DNA of 64,000 nucleotides from positions 12,112 to 76,111 of the forward strand of contig CAYSDM010000005.1 in NCBI GenBank assembly GCA_964429855.1. The letters run 5' to 3'. Under the pieces are notes generated by a model that worked only from the letters and a program-made list of their open reading frames with translations, ran no database searches and had not been told where the DNA came from. Shown here piece by piece: positions 34,412-44,668 of the stretch. The position numbers were made by a program, and so were the translations under genes. The DNA comes from an uncultured Chthonomonadaceae bacterium (GTDB lineage Bacteria; Armatimonadota; Chthonomonadetes; Chthonomonadales; CAJBBX01). Position 1 is the first letter of the stretch. Every line of letters starts with the position of its first letter.

Positions 34412-35194
34412 ATGAGGATAAGCATCGTGTATGATCGAGAACAGGTTTTAGAACAACTGATAGCCCTTTCCCGCAGTCTCGGCGATCCCGCCAGAGACCT
34501 GGCGATCCTGGGAGAGGGAAACACCTCTGCCCAGTCCAGTGATTCGACTTTTTTTGTCAAAGCCAGCGGAAAAGAGCTTCGCGCGGCGGATGCAGACAGC
34601 TTTGTGGAGGTAGACCTGCACCGGGCATTAGCCGTCCTGAACGGTCCTCCTTTGACCGACAGCCAGGTGCGGGAGGCTCTGCTGGCTGTCCGCGCGGACT
34701 CCTCTTCCAACGCGATGCCTTCAGTGGAGACATTTCTCCATGCCTATCTTCTGTCGCTGCATGGCATCATGTTTGTCGGGCATACCCATCCGACCGCTGT
34801 GAATGCCATCCTCTGCTCACAGGAATCAAAACGCGCCGTTCAGGGGAAGCTTTTTCCCGATGAGATCGTCTGCTGTGGTCCGGCTGTCTGCTATGTAGAG
34901 TATACTGATCCGGGAGTGCCGCTGGCATTGAAGCTGCGGGATCGTGTCGAAGCCTTCATTGATGAGCACAACATGCCGCCGAAAGTGATTCTGATGGAGA
35001 ATCACGGTTTTATTGCCTCCGGTCGCTCTGCCCGTGATGTGGAGATCATCACCTCGATGTACGTCAAGACAGCGCGGGTTCTGCTGGGAACTTATGCGAT
35101 GGGGGGACCGCGATTCATGACGCCGGAGAATGTTGCGCGCATCCACACGCGCCCGGATGAGATATATCGGCAGAAACAGATCGGCAACCACTAA
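34412..35194 (+). CDS. Class II aldolase/adducin family protein
   Basis: GEGNTS, VKASG, PSVETFLH, HTHP and LMENHG metal-binding motifs. Confidence 0.88.
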   Translation: MRISIVYDREQVLEQLIALSRSLGDPARDLAILGEGNTSAQSSDSTFFVKASGKELRAADADSFVEVDLHRALAVLNGPPLTDSQVREALLAVRADSSSNAMPSVETFLHAYLLSLHGIMFVGHTHPTAVNAILCSQESKRAVQGKLFPDEIVCCGPAVCYVEYTDPGVPLALKLRDRVEAFIDEHNMPPKVILMENHGFIASGRSARDVEIITSMYVKTARVLLGTYAMGGPRFMTPENVARIHTRPDEIYRQKQIGNH

Positions 35195-35209
35195 CGCAGG
35201 AAAGGCATC

Positions 35210-36079
35210 ATGAGCCATTCGCTGATAAATCCCTATCTCCAGTCGGGGAGATGGTGGCGGGGAAACACGCATACCCATACGCAGGCGTCAGATGGCGCGG
35301 ATGCGCCGCAGGATGTGATTCGCTTCTATGCCGAAGCGGGGTATGATTTTCTGGCAATCACCGATCATAATCTGGTGCTGCCTCTCTTAGAGTACGATCC
35401 ATGCGGGATGGTGTTGATCGAGGGAGAGGAACTGACCACGCCGCGAACCCATGTGGTTGGGCTTGGACTGCGCGAGACGCTTCCGAGGGGAGAAAGCACC
35501 CAGAACCAGATTGATCTTATCCGTGAGGCGGGGGGACTCTCCATCATTGCGCATCCGCACTGGATGGGATTTACGCGCGACGATCTGGTTCCCCTGGAGG
35601 GGCATCTGGCGATTGAACTGACCAATCAGGTCTGTTTCTACCTGGACGGTAAGGGCGACTCGGTCGCATGGTGGGATCATCTATTGACAAAGGGACGACG
35701 GTGCTGGGGAGTCTCGGTTGATGACTGCCATGATATCATGCGCGATGGCGCAATGGGCTGGATTATGGTTGACTCTCCGACGCGGGACTGGCCTTCTCTG
35801 CGCGAAGCGATGGAGCGCGGGAGTTTTTATGCCTCCACCGGACCCCAATTCGAAGCGATCTCCGCGAAAGAGCGGCAAATCTCTTTTGTAACCTCGCCCT
35901 GCGTTCAGGTTCGAATAATCGGGAGAGAAGGAGCGGTTATTCATCAGCAAACCTCGGACTCGAAGCAGGTTTTCATGATTCGATTTGATGTTCCGGAATC
36001 CGAACCTTATGCACGGGTTGAGATCGAAGATGAAGAAGGCAGGCGCGCATGGTCTCAGCCCTTCTGGACAGCAGCCTGA
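35210..36079 (+). CDS. PHP-domain metallohydrolase (CehA/McbA-like)
   Basis: GNTHTHT..SDG, AITDHN, GEE...H, AHP and DDCH motifs. Confidence 0.85.
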   Translation: MSHSLINPYLQSGRWWRGNTHTHTQASDGADAPQDVIRFYAEAGYDFLAITDHNLVLPLLEYDPCGMVLIEGEELTTPRTHVVGLGLRETLPRGESTQNQIDLIREAGGLSIIAHPHWMGFTRDDLVPLEGHLAIELTNQVCFYLDGKGDSVAWWDHLLTKGRRCWGVSVDDCHDIMRDGAMGWIMVDSPTRDWPSLREAMERGSFYASTGPQFEAISAKERQISFVTSPCVQVRIIGREGAVIHQQTSDSKQVFMIRFDVPESEPYARVEIEDEEGRRAWSQPFWTAA

Positions 36080-36086
36080 ATCGGTG

Positions 36087-36977
36087 ATGTCGCTGAACTG
36101 GTCTGACACTCCCCGACAACAGTTGAATATTGCAGATACGCTTGCCAGCGGACAGTGTTTTCGATGGGAGCAGACGGCCGAAGGCGAGTGGATTGGCGTG
36201 ATCGAAGACAGCCTCATCCGCCTGAAGCCGGAGGAGGCGGGTTTCTGGTGGGAGACCTATCCGGTAACCGGACGCTGGGAGTTGATCCATCGCTATTTTG
36301 CGCTGGATGTTGACCTGGAGGGCCTGTACGCGGAGTGGCGGCAGAGCGATCCGCGCATTGTGCCGAGTCTGCGTCGCCGTGCAGGTTTACGTATTCTTCG
36401 GCAGGACGCAGAGGAAGCGTTCTTTGCATTTCACTGTGCAACATGTAATACAGTCGTCAAGATAACCCGAAGCGTTCGCGCGCTGGCGCAGCGCTACGGA
36501 GAGCCGATCTGCGAATGGAAGGGAAAGACCTTTTACCGATTTCCTTCGGCGGTGAGGCTGGCAAATGCCTCTGAAGCAGCGCTGCGTGAAGACCTGTGGG
36601 GATTTCGCGCTCCGCGCATGATCGCGTCGGCACAGCATCTCTTGAAGCAGAAACCGGGCTGGCTGGAGAGCCTCCGGGAGATACCCTATCGCGAAGCCCA
36701 TGCAGAACTGGTGCGACGGGAGGGAATCGGCGCGAAGGTCGCCGACTGCATCTGCCTCTTTGCACTCTGGCACGATGAGGCGACGCCGATTGATACGCAT
36801 CTGTGGAAAATCGCCGTAAAGATGTATCGTCCCGATCTGCGGGGAAGGTCGCTGACTCCCTCGCTCTATCAGAGCATCGCCGAACTGTTTCGCGAGCGAT
36901 ACGGAGCTTTTGCCGGCTGGGCGCAGCAGTATCTATTTATGGATGCATTGAACGCAGGAAAACCATACACATCTTAA
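36087..36977 (+). CDS. 8-oxoguanine DNA glycosylase (Ogg1-like, HhH-GPD)
   Basis: SGQCFRW, LRILRQD, HhH GIGAKVADC, PIDTH and C-terminal GWAQQYLF; start moved to 36087, after the PHP gene stop. Confidence 0.88.
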   Translation: MSLNWSDTPRQQLNIADTLASGQCFRWEQTAEGEWIGVIEDSLIRLKPEEAGFWWETYPVTGRWELIHRYFALDVDLEGLYAEWRQSDPRIVPSLRRRAGLRILRQDAEEAFFAFHCATCNTVVKITRSVRALAQRYGEPICEWKGKTFYRFPSAVRLANASEAALREDLWGFRAPRMIASAQHLLKQKPGWLESLREIPYREAHAELVRREGIGAKVADCICLFALWHDEATPIDTHLWKIAVKMYRPDLRGRSLTPSLYQSIAELFRERYGAFAGWAQQYLFMDALNAGKPYTS

Positions 36978-37002
36978 ATCCATGTGCCGAGGTAACCGAC
37001 CT

Positions 37003-38364
37003 ATGCAGCTTTTTAACACATTAACCCGTTCGAAAGAGGAGTTCATTCCGCTGGATCCTGCGCGTGTGGGGTTATACTGCTGCGGACCGACGGTCTATAA
37101 CTTCGTTCACATTGGAAATCTTCGTGCCTATATCTTTGATGATGTTCTTCGCCGGGCATTACGATTCAATGGGTACAACCTTCTGCATGTAATGAACATC
37201 ACCGATGTGGGGCATCTGGAGTCGGATGCGGACGAAGGCGAAGATAAGATGGAGAAGGGGGCGACTCGCGAAGGATTGACCGTCTGGGAGATCGCGAGAA
37301 AGTATGAGGACGCCTTCTTCCATGATGCAAAGCGTCTGAATATCGAGCGTCCTGATGTGGTATGTCGAGCCACCGAACATATTCCTGAGATGATCGCCAT
37401 GATCGAGCGTCTTCTGGAACGGGGGATGGCGTACATCACGCCGAATGCCGTCTACTTCGATACCTCCCGGTTTCCCAACTATACTGGGCTGGCGCGACTC
37501 GATCTCAGCGGGATGCAGGCAGGCGCAGGCGGGCGCGTGCAGTTAACCGGAGAGAAGCGGCACCCAAACGACTTTGCGCTCTGGTTTACCAATAAACCCC
37601 GTCATATCATGCAGTGGGACAGCCCCTGGGGACGGGGGTATCCTGGCTGGCATATCGAGTGCTCGGCGATGAGCATGAAATACCTGGGGGAGACGTTTGA
37701 TATCCACTGTGGCGGGGTGGATCATATTCCCGTGCACCACACCAATGAGATCGCGCAGAGCGAAGGAGCGACCGGAAAGCAGTTCGTGCGCTACTGGCTT
37801 CACAACGAGTTTCTGATCGTGGATAAGGGGAAGATGTCCAAGTCGGGCGAGAACTTCCTGACTCTGCAGGTGTTGATAGATCGCGGCTATGATCCTCTCT
37901 CCTATCGCTACCTCTGCCTTCAGGCGCACTATCGCTCCGAGTTGATGTTCTCCTGGGAGAATCTGGACGCCGCGCAGCAGGGGCTGCGACGGGTCTACTC
38001 CACCTCCGCCGAAAACGATCCGCTGACAGATAGCGCGCGGTACGCGGATGCAAGAGCGGAGGCGCTGGAGGCTTTGAACGACGATCTGGGAACGCCGCAA
38101 CTGGTCGGAATCCTGAACCGGTATGGCAGTATGCGGCTGTGGACGAAGTTTGACGCGATACTCGGTCTGGATATCGCCCGCCGTTCGCGCCGTTCCGAGG
38201 AAGAACTGCCGGAGGAGGTGAAGCGACTGGTGGAGGAGCGTAATGCCGCCCGACGAGCCAGAAACTGGCTGCAGTCCGACTCCCTCCGCAATCAGTTGAT
38301 CGAGATGGGGTACGATGTGGGAGACAGCCCCGGAGGAACCACCGTCAAGCGAAAAGTGCTTTAA
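37003..38364 (+). CDS. cysS: Cysteine--tRNA ligase
   Basis: [35 protein letters not shown] and KMSKS. Confidence 0.97.
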   Translation: MQLFNTLTRSKEEFIPLDPARVGLYCCGPTVYNFVHIGNLRAYIFDDVLRRALRFNGYNLLHVMNITDVGHLESDADEGEDKMEKGATREGLTVWEIARKYEDAFFHDAKRLNIERPDVVCRATEHIPEMIAMIERLLERGMAYITPNAVYFDTSRFPNYTGLARLDLSGMQAGAGGRVQLTGEKRHPNDFALWFTNKPRHIMQWDSPWGRGYPGWHIECSAMSMKYLGETFDIHCGGVDHIPVHHTNEIAQSEGATGKQFVRYWLHNEFLIVDKGKMSKSGENFLTLQVLIDRGYDPLSYRYLCLQAHYRSELMFSWENLDAAQQGLRRVYSTSAENDPLTDSARYADARAEALEALNDDLGTPQLVGILNRYGSMRLWTKFDAILGLDIARRSRRSEEELPEEVKRLVEERNAARRARNWLQSDSLRNQLIEMGYDVGDSPGGTTVKRKVL

Positions 38365-38368
38365 TCCC

Positions 38369-38395
38369 GAAGCCGGAGCTATATGCTCCGGCTTC
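38369..38395 (+). terminator. Terminator hairpin after cysS
   Basis: GAAGCCGGAGC / GCTCCGGCTTC 11-bp perfect stem. Confidence 0.7.
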
Positions 38396-38459
38396 TCGCT
38401 ATCTTCTCGTGAATCGATACGTGAGTATACAAAGATTAGGTGAGATGGCATACATAGAA

Positions 38460-38494
38460 AAGACACCCGGCGGGAATTGCCTGCCGGGTGTCTT
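38460..38494 (-). terminator. Terminator hairpin after tRNA-Ser(TGA)
   Basis: AAGACACCCGGC / GCCGGGTGTCTT stem immediately 3' of the tRNA. Confidence 0.7.
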
Positions 38495-38500
38495 CTTTAC

Positions 38501-38587
38501 TGGCGGAGAGGGCGGGATTCGAACCCGCGAGGCTCATCACCTACCCGTTTTCAAGACGGGGTCCATAAACCACTCGGACACCTCTCC
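38501..38587 (-). tRNA. tRNA-Ser(TGA)
   Basis: GGAGAGG/CCTCTCC acceptor stem with G73 and encoded CCA; CCCGT-CTTGAAA-ACGGG anticodon arm; long variable arm. Confidence 0.95.
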
Positions 38588-38597
38588 GTGTCTCACT

Positions 38598-38626
38598 AGT
38601 ATATCGGATTTCACTCCTGTCGTCAA
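38598..38626 (-). promoter_or_regulatory. Sigma70-type promoter of tRNA-Ser(TGA)
   Basis: TTGACG-N17-TATACT on the minus strand. Confidence 0.75.
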
Positions 38627-38682
38627 TCCGAACCTCAGCGTGTGGTAAACTATATATCCACCTTATTCAAGAGGAGACGAGG

Positions 38683-39792
38683 ATGTCGGTTGTTTCCTTT
38701 CCCGCACTGAATGTGGGAGAGAATGTCTCCCGGCTGATACCCTACCAGCCTGGAAAGCCCATTGAAGAGGTCAAGCGCGAACTGGGATTGACCGAAGTCA
38801 CCAAACTGGCTTCCAATGAAAACCCGCTGGGACCTTCCCCGAAAGTGGTTCAGGCGATGCGAGAGACCGCTGAGAAGGTCTATCTCTACCCGGATGGAGC
38901 CTGTTATGAGCTTCGGCAGTCGGTGGCGTCGCATCTGAATCTGCCGGAAGATCATCTTATCTTGGGTAATGGCTCGGATGAGATCATTCACTATCTAGGT
39001 GTGACATACCTTCAGCCGGATGATGAGGTCATTCAGGCAGATCCCTCCTTTGTGCGCTATGAAGCCGCTGCCATCCTCAATGATGCTCACTGTATCAAAG
39101 TCCCTTTGAAAAACTGGGCTCATGATCTGGAGGAGATGGCGGCTCGGATCACGGAGCGCACTCGCTTGATCTTCATTGCCAATCCCAATAATCCGACCGG
39201 AACGATTGTGACCCGGCGGGAGGTGGATGCGCTGCTGGATCGTGTGCCGGAGCAGACTCTGGTGGTTCTGGATGAAGCCTACTTCGAGTATGTGGAGCAT
39301 CCCGACTATCCGCGCAGCGTGGACTACGTGCGGGAAAGGCGCAATGTTATCCTGCTGCGCACCTTTTCAAAGGCGTATGGACTGGCGGGACTGCGTCTGG
39401 GTTACGGCATTGCGCGCCCGGAGATCATCGGGCATCTGAATCAGGTGCGTGAGCCGTTTAATGTAAATCTGATCGCGCAGGCGGCAGGTGTCGCCGCAAT
39501 CGCTGACCGGGAGCATGTAGAGAAAACCCGGCAGATGAACGCAGAGGGGAAGCAGACTCTCTATCGCGCTTTCGAGGCTCTGGGATTGGAGTATGCGCCG
39601 ACAGAGGGCAACTTTATCTGGGTAGATGTCGGGAGAAACAGCCGCGATGTGTTCAATGCTCTGCTGAAACGAGGCGTGATAGTTCGTACCGGAGATATAT
39701 TTGGCGCGCCAACTCATCTGCGCGTAACCATCGGCACTCATACGCAGAATGCGATTTTTCTGAATGCTCTGGAGGAAGTCCTGAAACCATGA
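38683..39792 (+). CDS. hisC: Histidinol-phosphate aminotransferase (PLP, class I/II)
   Basis: KLASNENP, GNGSDE, NPNNPTG, DEAY and RTFSKAYGLAGLRLGY. Confidence 0.92.
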   Translation: MSVVSFPALNVGENVSRLIPYQPGKPIEEVKRELGLTEVTKLASNENPLGPSPKVVQAMRETAEKVYLYPDGACYELRQSVASHLNLPEDHLILGNGSDEIIHYLGVTYLQPDDEVIQADPSFVRYEAAAILNDAHCIKVPLKNWAHDLEEMAARITERTRLIFIANPNNPTGTIVTRREVDALLDRVPEQTLVVLDEAYFEYVEHPDYPRSVDYVRERRNVILLRTFSKAYGLAGLRLGYGIARPEIIGHLNQVREPFNVNLIAQAAGVAAIADREHVEKTRQMNAEGKQTLYRAFEALGLEYAPTEGNFIWVDVGRNSRDVFNALLKRGVIVRTGDIFGAPTHLRVTIGTHTQNAIFLNALEEVLKP

Positions 39793-40811
39793 TCGTAGTG
39801 ATGGCGGCGCATGCAACGTCGGAACAGATACGCGATGTAGAGGAGCGCATCCTGGGGTGGGGATACGGGGTACACCCGATCTATGGAACCGAGCGAACGG
39901 TTATTGGCGCGGTGGGCGTTCCAGAAGCGGATAAACTCGGCTACATGGAGATGCTGGAAAGCCTCGATTATGTCGAGAGAGTCATCGCCATTCTGCGCCC
40001 CTATAAGTTCGTCAGTCGCGACTACCGGGAAGAGACCTCCACCATTGATGTCCGGGGAGTTCTCATAGGGGGCAGAAAAGTGGCGATGATGGCGGGACCC
40101 TGTACGGTGGAATCCTACGAACAGACTCTCGCTACCGCGCAATCTGTGAAGGAGAACGGCGCGACCATTCTGCGCGGAGGAGCTTACAAACCCTGCACCT
40201 CACCTTACTCCTTTCAGGGGCTTGGAGTCGAAGGACTGAAGATTCTGAAGGATGTTTCTCAGCAGACAGGTCTGCCGGTCATCACCGAGGTGATGGATCC
40301 GCGCAATGTGGAACTGGTCTGCGAATATGCGGATATTCTTCAGATCGGCACGCGCAATATGCAGAACTACGACCTGCTTCGGGAAGTGGGGCGCTGCAGA
40401 ACGCCGGTCATGCTTAAAAGGGGAATGTGGGCGAAGATCGAGGAGTGGCTGCAGGCAGCCGAATATATCTTCCTGGGCGGCAATCATGCGGTGATGCTCT
40501 GCGAGCGGGGGATACGAACTTTTGAGACCCATACTCGCAATACCCTCGATCTTTCGGCGGTTCCAGCGGTTAAGCAGCTATCGCATCTGCCCGTCATCGT
40601 GGATCCGAGCCAGGGAACCGGCAAGTGGAGCCTCGTCGGACCGATGACAAAAGCCGCGATTGCCTGCGGCGCGGACGGACTGATTATCGAGGTGCATCCG
40701 CAGCCGGATAAAGCGATCAAAGACGGAGCACAGTCGTTAACCTTTGATAACTTCTCTCAGCTTATGGAGGAGTGCCGTCCCATCGTAGCGGCGGTTGGAC
40801 GAGAGTTATAG
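39789..40811 (+). CDS. aroF: DAHP synthase (class I-beta, with N-terminal regulatory domain)
   Basis: [39 protein letters not shown] and VDPSQ; 4-bp overlap with hisC. Confidence 0.93.
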   Translation: MIVVMAAHATSEQIRDVEERILGWGYGVHPIYGTERTVIGAVGVPEADKLGYMEMLESLDYVERVIAILRPYKFVSRDYREETSTIDVRGVLIGGRKVAMMAGPCTVESYEQTLATAQSVKENGATILRGGAYKPCTSPYSFQGLGVEGLKILKDVSQQTGLPVITEVMDPRNVELVCEYADILQIGTRNMQNYDLLREVGRCRTPVMLKRGMWAKIEEWLQAAEYIFLGGNHAVMLCERGIRTFETHTRNTLDLSAVPAVKQLSHLPVIVDPSQGTGKWSLVGPMTKAAIACGADGLIIEVHPQPDKAIKDGAQSLTFDNFSQLMEECRPIVAAVGREL

Positions 40812-40827
40812 TGAAGAGGGGAAGATC

Positions 40828-41733
40828 ATGAACAGTTCCGTATCACGACGCGCTTTTCTCAGCCAGTCCGCAGTGTATGCCGCGAGTGCGGCGGTTATTC
40901 CGCTCTCTGTCGGGGCGATGGAGCCTGTCCAGCGGTCCGGCGGTCCGCATCTGCGAATTGGAAACTGCGCCTACTCCTATCGCGACTATCTTCAGGGAAA
41001 GAAAACCCCGAAGATGACTCTGGAGGAGTTCATCAGCCGAATGGCGGAGACCGGAATAGACGGGGTGGAACTGACCGGATACTATTTCCCCGATCCCCTG
41101 ACCGGAGCCTATATCAATAAGATTGTACGCCACTGTTTTCTGCTGGGGCTGGATATCTGTGGCTCCGCTACGCGCAGCACCTTCACCCTGCCTCCCGGCG
41201 AGGCGCGTGATAAGGAGATCGCAGGCGTAAAACAGTGGATTGACTACTCCGCCGATATGGGGTCTCCCTGCCTGAGAGTCTTCGCCGGGAACGCCCCGCA
41301 GGGAACCTCGGAGGCGCAGGCTCGGAAATGGGTGGTGGAGTGCCTGGAGGAGTGCAGCGAACGAGCCGCAGAAAAAGGCGTAATGCTGGCTCTGGAGAAT
41401 CACGGGGGCGTGACGGCGACGCCGGAGGGCGTCAAAACGATCCTGAGCGCGGTACAGTCGGAATGGGTAGGTTTGAAGCTGGATACCGGCAACTTCCATA
41501 CGAAAGATCCCTATGCCGATCTGGCGCAGGTAGCTTCCTATGCTATCTCGGTGCATGTGAAGACAGAGACCCACTACAATCGAGAGGCGAAACCGGCGGA
41601 TCTGAAGCGTATCGTGAAGCTGCTGACCGAAGTTAACTACCGCGGCTATCTGAATCTGGAATATGAGGCGGCGGAAGACCCGCTGACGGCAGTTCCCCGC
41701 ACGCTTCGGGAACTGGTTCGATTGACCTCCTGA
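40828..41733 (+). CDS. Tat-exported sugar-phosphate isomerase/epimerase family (TIM barrel) protein
   Basis: SRRAFL twin-arginine motif; LENHGG, LDTGNF, HVK and LEYE motifs. Confidence 0.85.
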   Translation: MNSSVSRRAFLSQSAVYAASAAVIPLSVGAMEPVQRSGGPHLRIGNCAYSYRDYLQGKKTPKMTLEEFISRMAETGIDGVELTGYYFPDPLTGAYINKIVRHCFLLGLDICGSATRSTFTLPPGEARDKEIAGVKQWIDYSADMGSPCLRVFAGNAPQGTSEAQARKWVVECLEECSERAAEKGVMLALENHGGVTATPEGVKTILSAVQSEWVGLKLDTGNFHTKDPYADLAQVASYAISVHVKTETHYNREAKPADLKRIVKLLTEVNYRGYLNLEYEAAEDPLTAVPRTLRELVRLTS

Positions 41734-41793
41734 AAAAGAATAGCTACAATGCTCCTTGACTGCGGAAGAATTGCCAACGAGGAGGCAATTCTG

Positions 41794-42204
41794 ATGCAGT
41801 ATGTAAAGAGCGCTATTCTGTCGGTTATCGCGATTGGCATCGTCGGTTCTCTGCTGTATCCGGATCGCAATCCACTGCTGCGCGATCTGCGTCGGGATGT
41901 TACCCGTCTTCGGATGGAGCAGTTGGCGGAGGCATGCCAGCACTATATTCGACTGGAACAGCGATCTCCGAGAAATCTGGAGGAGTTAATCGCTCGCGGC
42001 TACCTGGGAAAGTCCACGCAGGCAAAAAACCTCCTGCAGGACCCATTCGGTCAGAAGCTGCTCTTTCGTCCTCCCACGCCTCGCAGAAAAGGAGGAATCC
42101 TGAGCGCGGGACCGGATCGCAAACCAGGCACCTCGGATGACATACGGGTCTCCTTCTCCTATCCGCCTGACCTGCTGATTCAGACGGGCAGCATTCAGGA
42201 CTGA
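41794..42204 (+). CDS. Small membrane-anchored protein with a GspG-like C-terminal domain
   Basis: N-terminal TM helix; PRNLEEL...DPFG...SAGPD..PGT.DDI pattern. Confidence 0.65.
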   Translation: MQYVKSAILSVIAIGIVGSLLYPDRNPLLRDLRRDVTRLRMEQLAEACQHYIRLEQRSPRNLEELIARGYLGKSTQAKNLLQDPFGQKLLFRPPTPRRKGGILSAGPDRKPGTSDDIRVSFSYPPDLLIQTGSIQD

Positions 42205-42285
42205 GGGAGACTTACCGCCTGAACAGACCTGCCTGAACCATAAAGTATATTTCTATCACTTATCTGGACATGGAGGTTTTTTCTC

Positions 42286-43533
42286 ATGCGTTCTCTCGCG
42301 CCTGTCCTGCTCCTGGCTATACTCTCTCTCTTCGTTCTGGAGGCTCCCGTGTCTGCACAACTGAAAGCGGCAGCGGGGAAAGTGGATATCTCCCCCAAAC
42401 GCTCCGCCTATATCGCCGGATATGCTTCCAATCGAAAAAGCGCGGGACAGCATGATCCGCTCTGGGCACGCTGTCTGGTACTCCAGAATGGCGATGAGAA
42501 GGTCGCGCTGGTAAGCTGCGATCTGATTGGCGTGATTCGAGTCTACTCTCAGAAGATACGCGCCATGATCAAACAGATACCGCCGGAGCGTGTGTTAATT
42601 GGGGCAACGCATACGCATTCCGGACCGGATACCTATGGTCAGTGGGGGCCGAACCAGACGACCAGCGGTGTAGATAAGGAGTGGATGGAGGAGCTTCTGA
42701 AGAAGGTCGCGGCTCTGGTGGATGAGACAGCCTCGCGTCTGGAACCGGCAAAGGCGCGTTTCGGACGCAGCCCCGAGGTGAAAGACTGCTCCTATAATGC
42801 CCGCGTTCGCGAGATACTTGATACGGAACTGCTGGCGATGCAGGTCTCTTCGACCGATGGAAAGACTATCGCCACGCTGATTAATTTTGCCTGTCATCCT
42901 GAAGTGCTGAACAATCGTATGATGACCTCCGACTTTCCGCACTGGCTGCGTCTGCGTGTGGAGGCGAAGCTGGGAGGCATTGCGATCTATATGAACGGCG
43001 CATTGGGCGGAATGGTTACCGCGTTGATACAGAACGAAGAGAAGTACCTGAAGGGGGAAGCCTGGCAGGAAGCGGAGCGCATTGGCATTACGCTGGCGGA
43101 TGCTACCCTTGCTTCGCTGGAAGGAGCTGTCTGGGAGGAGTCGCCGAAGCTGACGTTCCAGCAGCGTCTGTTCCGTGTTCCGCTGGAGAATGCCGGCTTC
43201 AAGCTGCTGATCGCGGCAAAGATTCTCCCCGGCGAACTGGTAGATGGATCGGACATAGAGACAGAGGTTTCTTGTTTCACGCTGGGATCGGCGGAGTTCA
43301 TTACGCTTCCTGGAGAGGTGCTGCCGAATATCGGTCTCTTTCTGAAATCGAAGATGCGGTCTCCCTATAAGTTTCAGCTTGGATTGACCGGAGATGCGCT
43401 GGGCTACATATTGACCGAGGAGGACTTCGTCCTGAAACTCTATGACTATGAGTCCTCCGTCTCCGTCGGTCAGAAGATGGGACCGTTGATGACGGAAAAC
43501 CTGCTAGTGCTGATTCAGGGTGGAAAAAAGTAA
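42286..43533 (+). CDS. Exported neutral/alkaline ceramidase-like metallohydrolase
   Basis: Signal peptide; HDPLWAR, ATHTHSGPD, NFACHPE and PGE motifs. Confidence 0.75.
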   Translation: MRSLAPVLLLAILSLFVLEAPVSAQLKAAAGKVDISPKRSAYIAGYASNRKSAGQHDPLWARCLVLQNGDEKVALVSCDLIGVIRVYSQKIRAMIKQIPPERVLIGATHTHSGPDTYGQWGPNQTTSGVDKEWMEELLKKVAALVDETASRLEPAKARFGRSPEVKDCSYNARVREILDTELLAMQVSSTDGKTIATLINFACHPEVLNNRMMTSDFPHWLRLRVEAKLGGIAIYMNGALGGMVTALIQNEEKYLKGEAWQEAERIGITLADATLASLEGAVWEESPKLTFQQRLFRVPLENAGFKLLIAAKILPGELVDGSDIETEVSCFTLGSAEFITLPGEVLPNIGLFLKSKMRSPYKFQLGLTGDALGYILTEEDFVLKLYDYESSVSVGQKMGPLMTENLLVLIQGGKK

Positions 43534-43573
43534 AAATACGTCCGGTAAGAATTTCATGGATAAGTCAGATTGG

Positions 43574-43615
43574 AACGTCGCGTCTCTATGATCAGAATCG
43601 CGGAGGCGCGGCGTT
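43574..43615 (+). terminator. Possible terminator hairpin before the polysaccharide locus
   Basis: AACGTCGCGTCTC / GAGGCGCGGCGTT stem with G-U pairs, followed by TCACTTT. Confidence 0.45.
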
Positions 43616-43737
43616 TCACTTTCCTCCAATTTCTCTACTGAACAATAATTCGATGAACAGGTTCTTCAATGTTGCCAATAATAGCAGGGGAAGCCTCTGT
43701 TTTTGCGATGCAAATGTTGTGAGGAGTGTTCGCCTTC

Positions 43738-44628
43738 ATGAAGTTCTCGGTGATAATCTGTACGCGCAACAGAGGACCGTTGATCGAACAGACGATTCAC
43801 AGCATTCTTGCCGGGGCGCGACTGCCGGATGAGTTGCTGGTGATAGATCAGAGTGATGACGATGCAACCGGCGAGGTCGTCCGTCGCATTGCAGAGAGCG
43901 AACCGCGTCTGCGATATCTGCCTACACTAACACGCGGACTTTCCCGCGCGCGGAATGTAGGCATCCGAGAGGCCTGCGGCGATGTGCTGGTCTTCACCGA
44001 TGATGATGTGATCGTTCTGTCGGATTGGCTTGCGCGAATTATCGAGGAGTATCAGAACTGCCCGAACCTGGGAATAGTATTTGGCACGGTGATACCCCCT
44101 GAAAACTATGATTGGCAGAACGAGCATATTCCGTACATCATCCTGACAACCATGCGACCCGTTACCCGCAGCTATTTCCAGGTTTCCGGCATGGGCGCAA
44201 ATATGTGCGTCAGCCGGGCGACCGTACAGGCAATTGGCGATTTCGAAGAGCAGCTTGGCGCGGGAACGCCACTGATCGGGTTTGAAGACTTTGAGTATGC
44301 CTTCCGCGCTCTCTACGCCAATCCGATGGTTCGCATTCATCATGTGGACGATATTCGAGTGGTGCATCACGCCGGAGCGCGAAAAGGCGCAGATAAAAAG
44401 CGCTTCACATCGAATATGTCGGGAAAGGGGCGCGGGCTGTTCTGGGCGTTTCTGCTGAAGAATCGGTTTCGTCCCGCCTATCTCTATCGGTTTATCTGGT
44501 TTAACGCAAGAGTGATACGCGGTTTTATCGCGAGCGCGATTCGTTTCAAGAAGCCTTCCGGCGTAAAGGTCTATGGCTTGACGCTGTTCTACTGCCTGAA
44601 AGGACTGTTTACCATTCCGCGAGGATAG
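43738..44628 (+). CDS. Glycosyltransferase family 2
   Basis: SVIICTRNR, IDQS, GLSRARN.G, FTDDD and FED.E motifs. Confidence 0.9.
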   Translation: MKFSVIICTRNRGPLIEQTIHSILAGARLPDELLVIDQSDDDATGEVVRRIAESEPRLRYLPTLTRGLSRARNVGIREACGDVLVFTDDDVIVLSDWLARIIEEYQNCPNLGIVFGTVIPPENYDWQNEHIPYIILTTMRPVTRSYFQVSGMGANMCVSRATVQAIGDFEEQLGAGTPLIGFEDFEYAFRALYANPMVRIHHVDDIRVVHHAGARKGADKKRFTSNMSGKGRGLFWAFLLKNRFRPAYLYRFIWFNARVIRGFIASAIRFKKPSGVKVYGLTLFYCLKGLFTIPRG

Positions 44629-44668
44629 GTGAACAGGCTGCGGATTTTTATCGTCTCTGGAGTATGGA

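Noticed and set aside
38683-40811. hisC-aroF coupling as a novel pathway link
   Set aside because: HisC-type aminotransferases are commonly found in aromatic amino acid operons, so this is ordinary.
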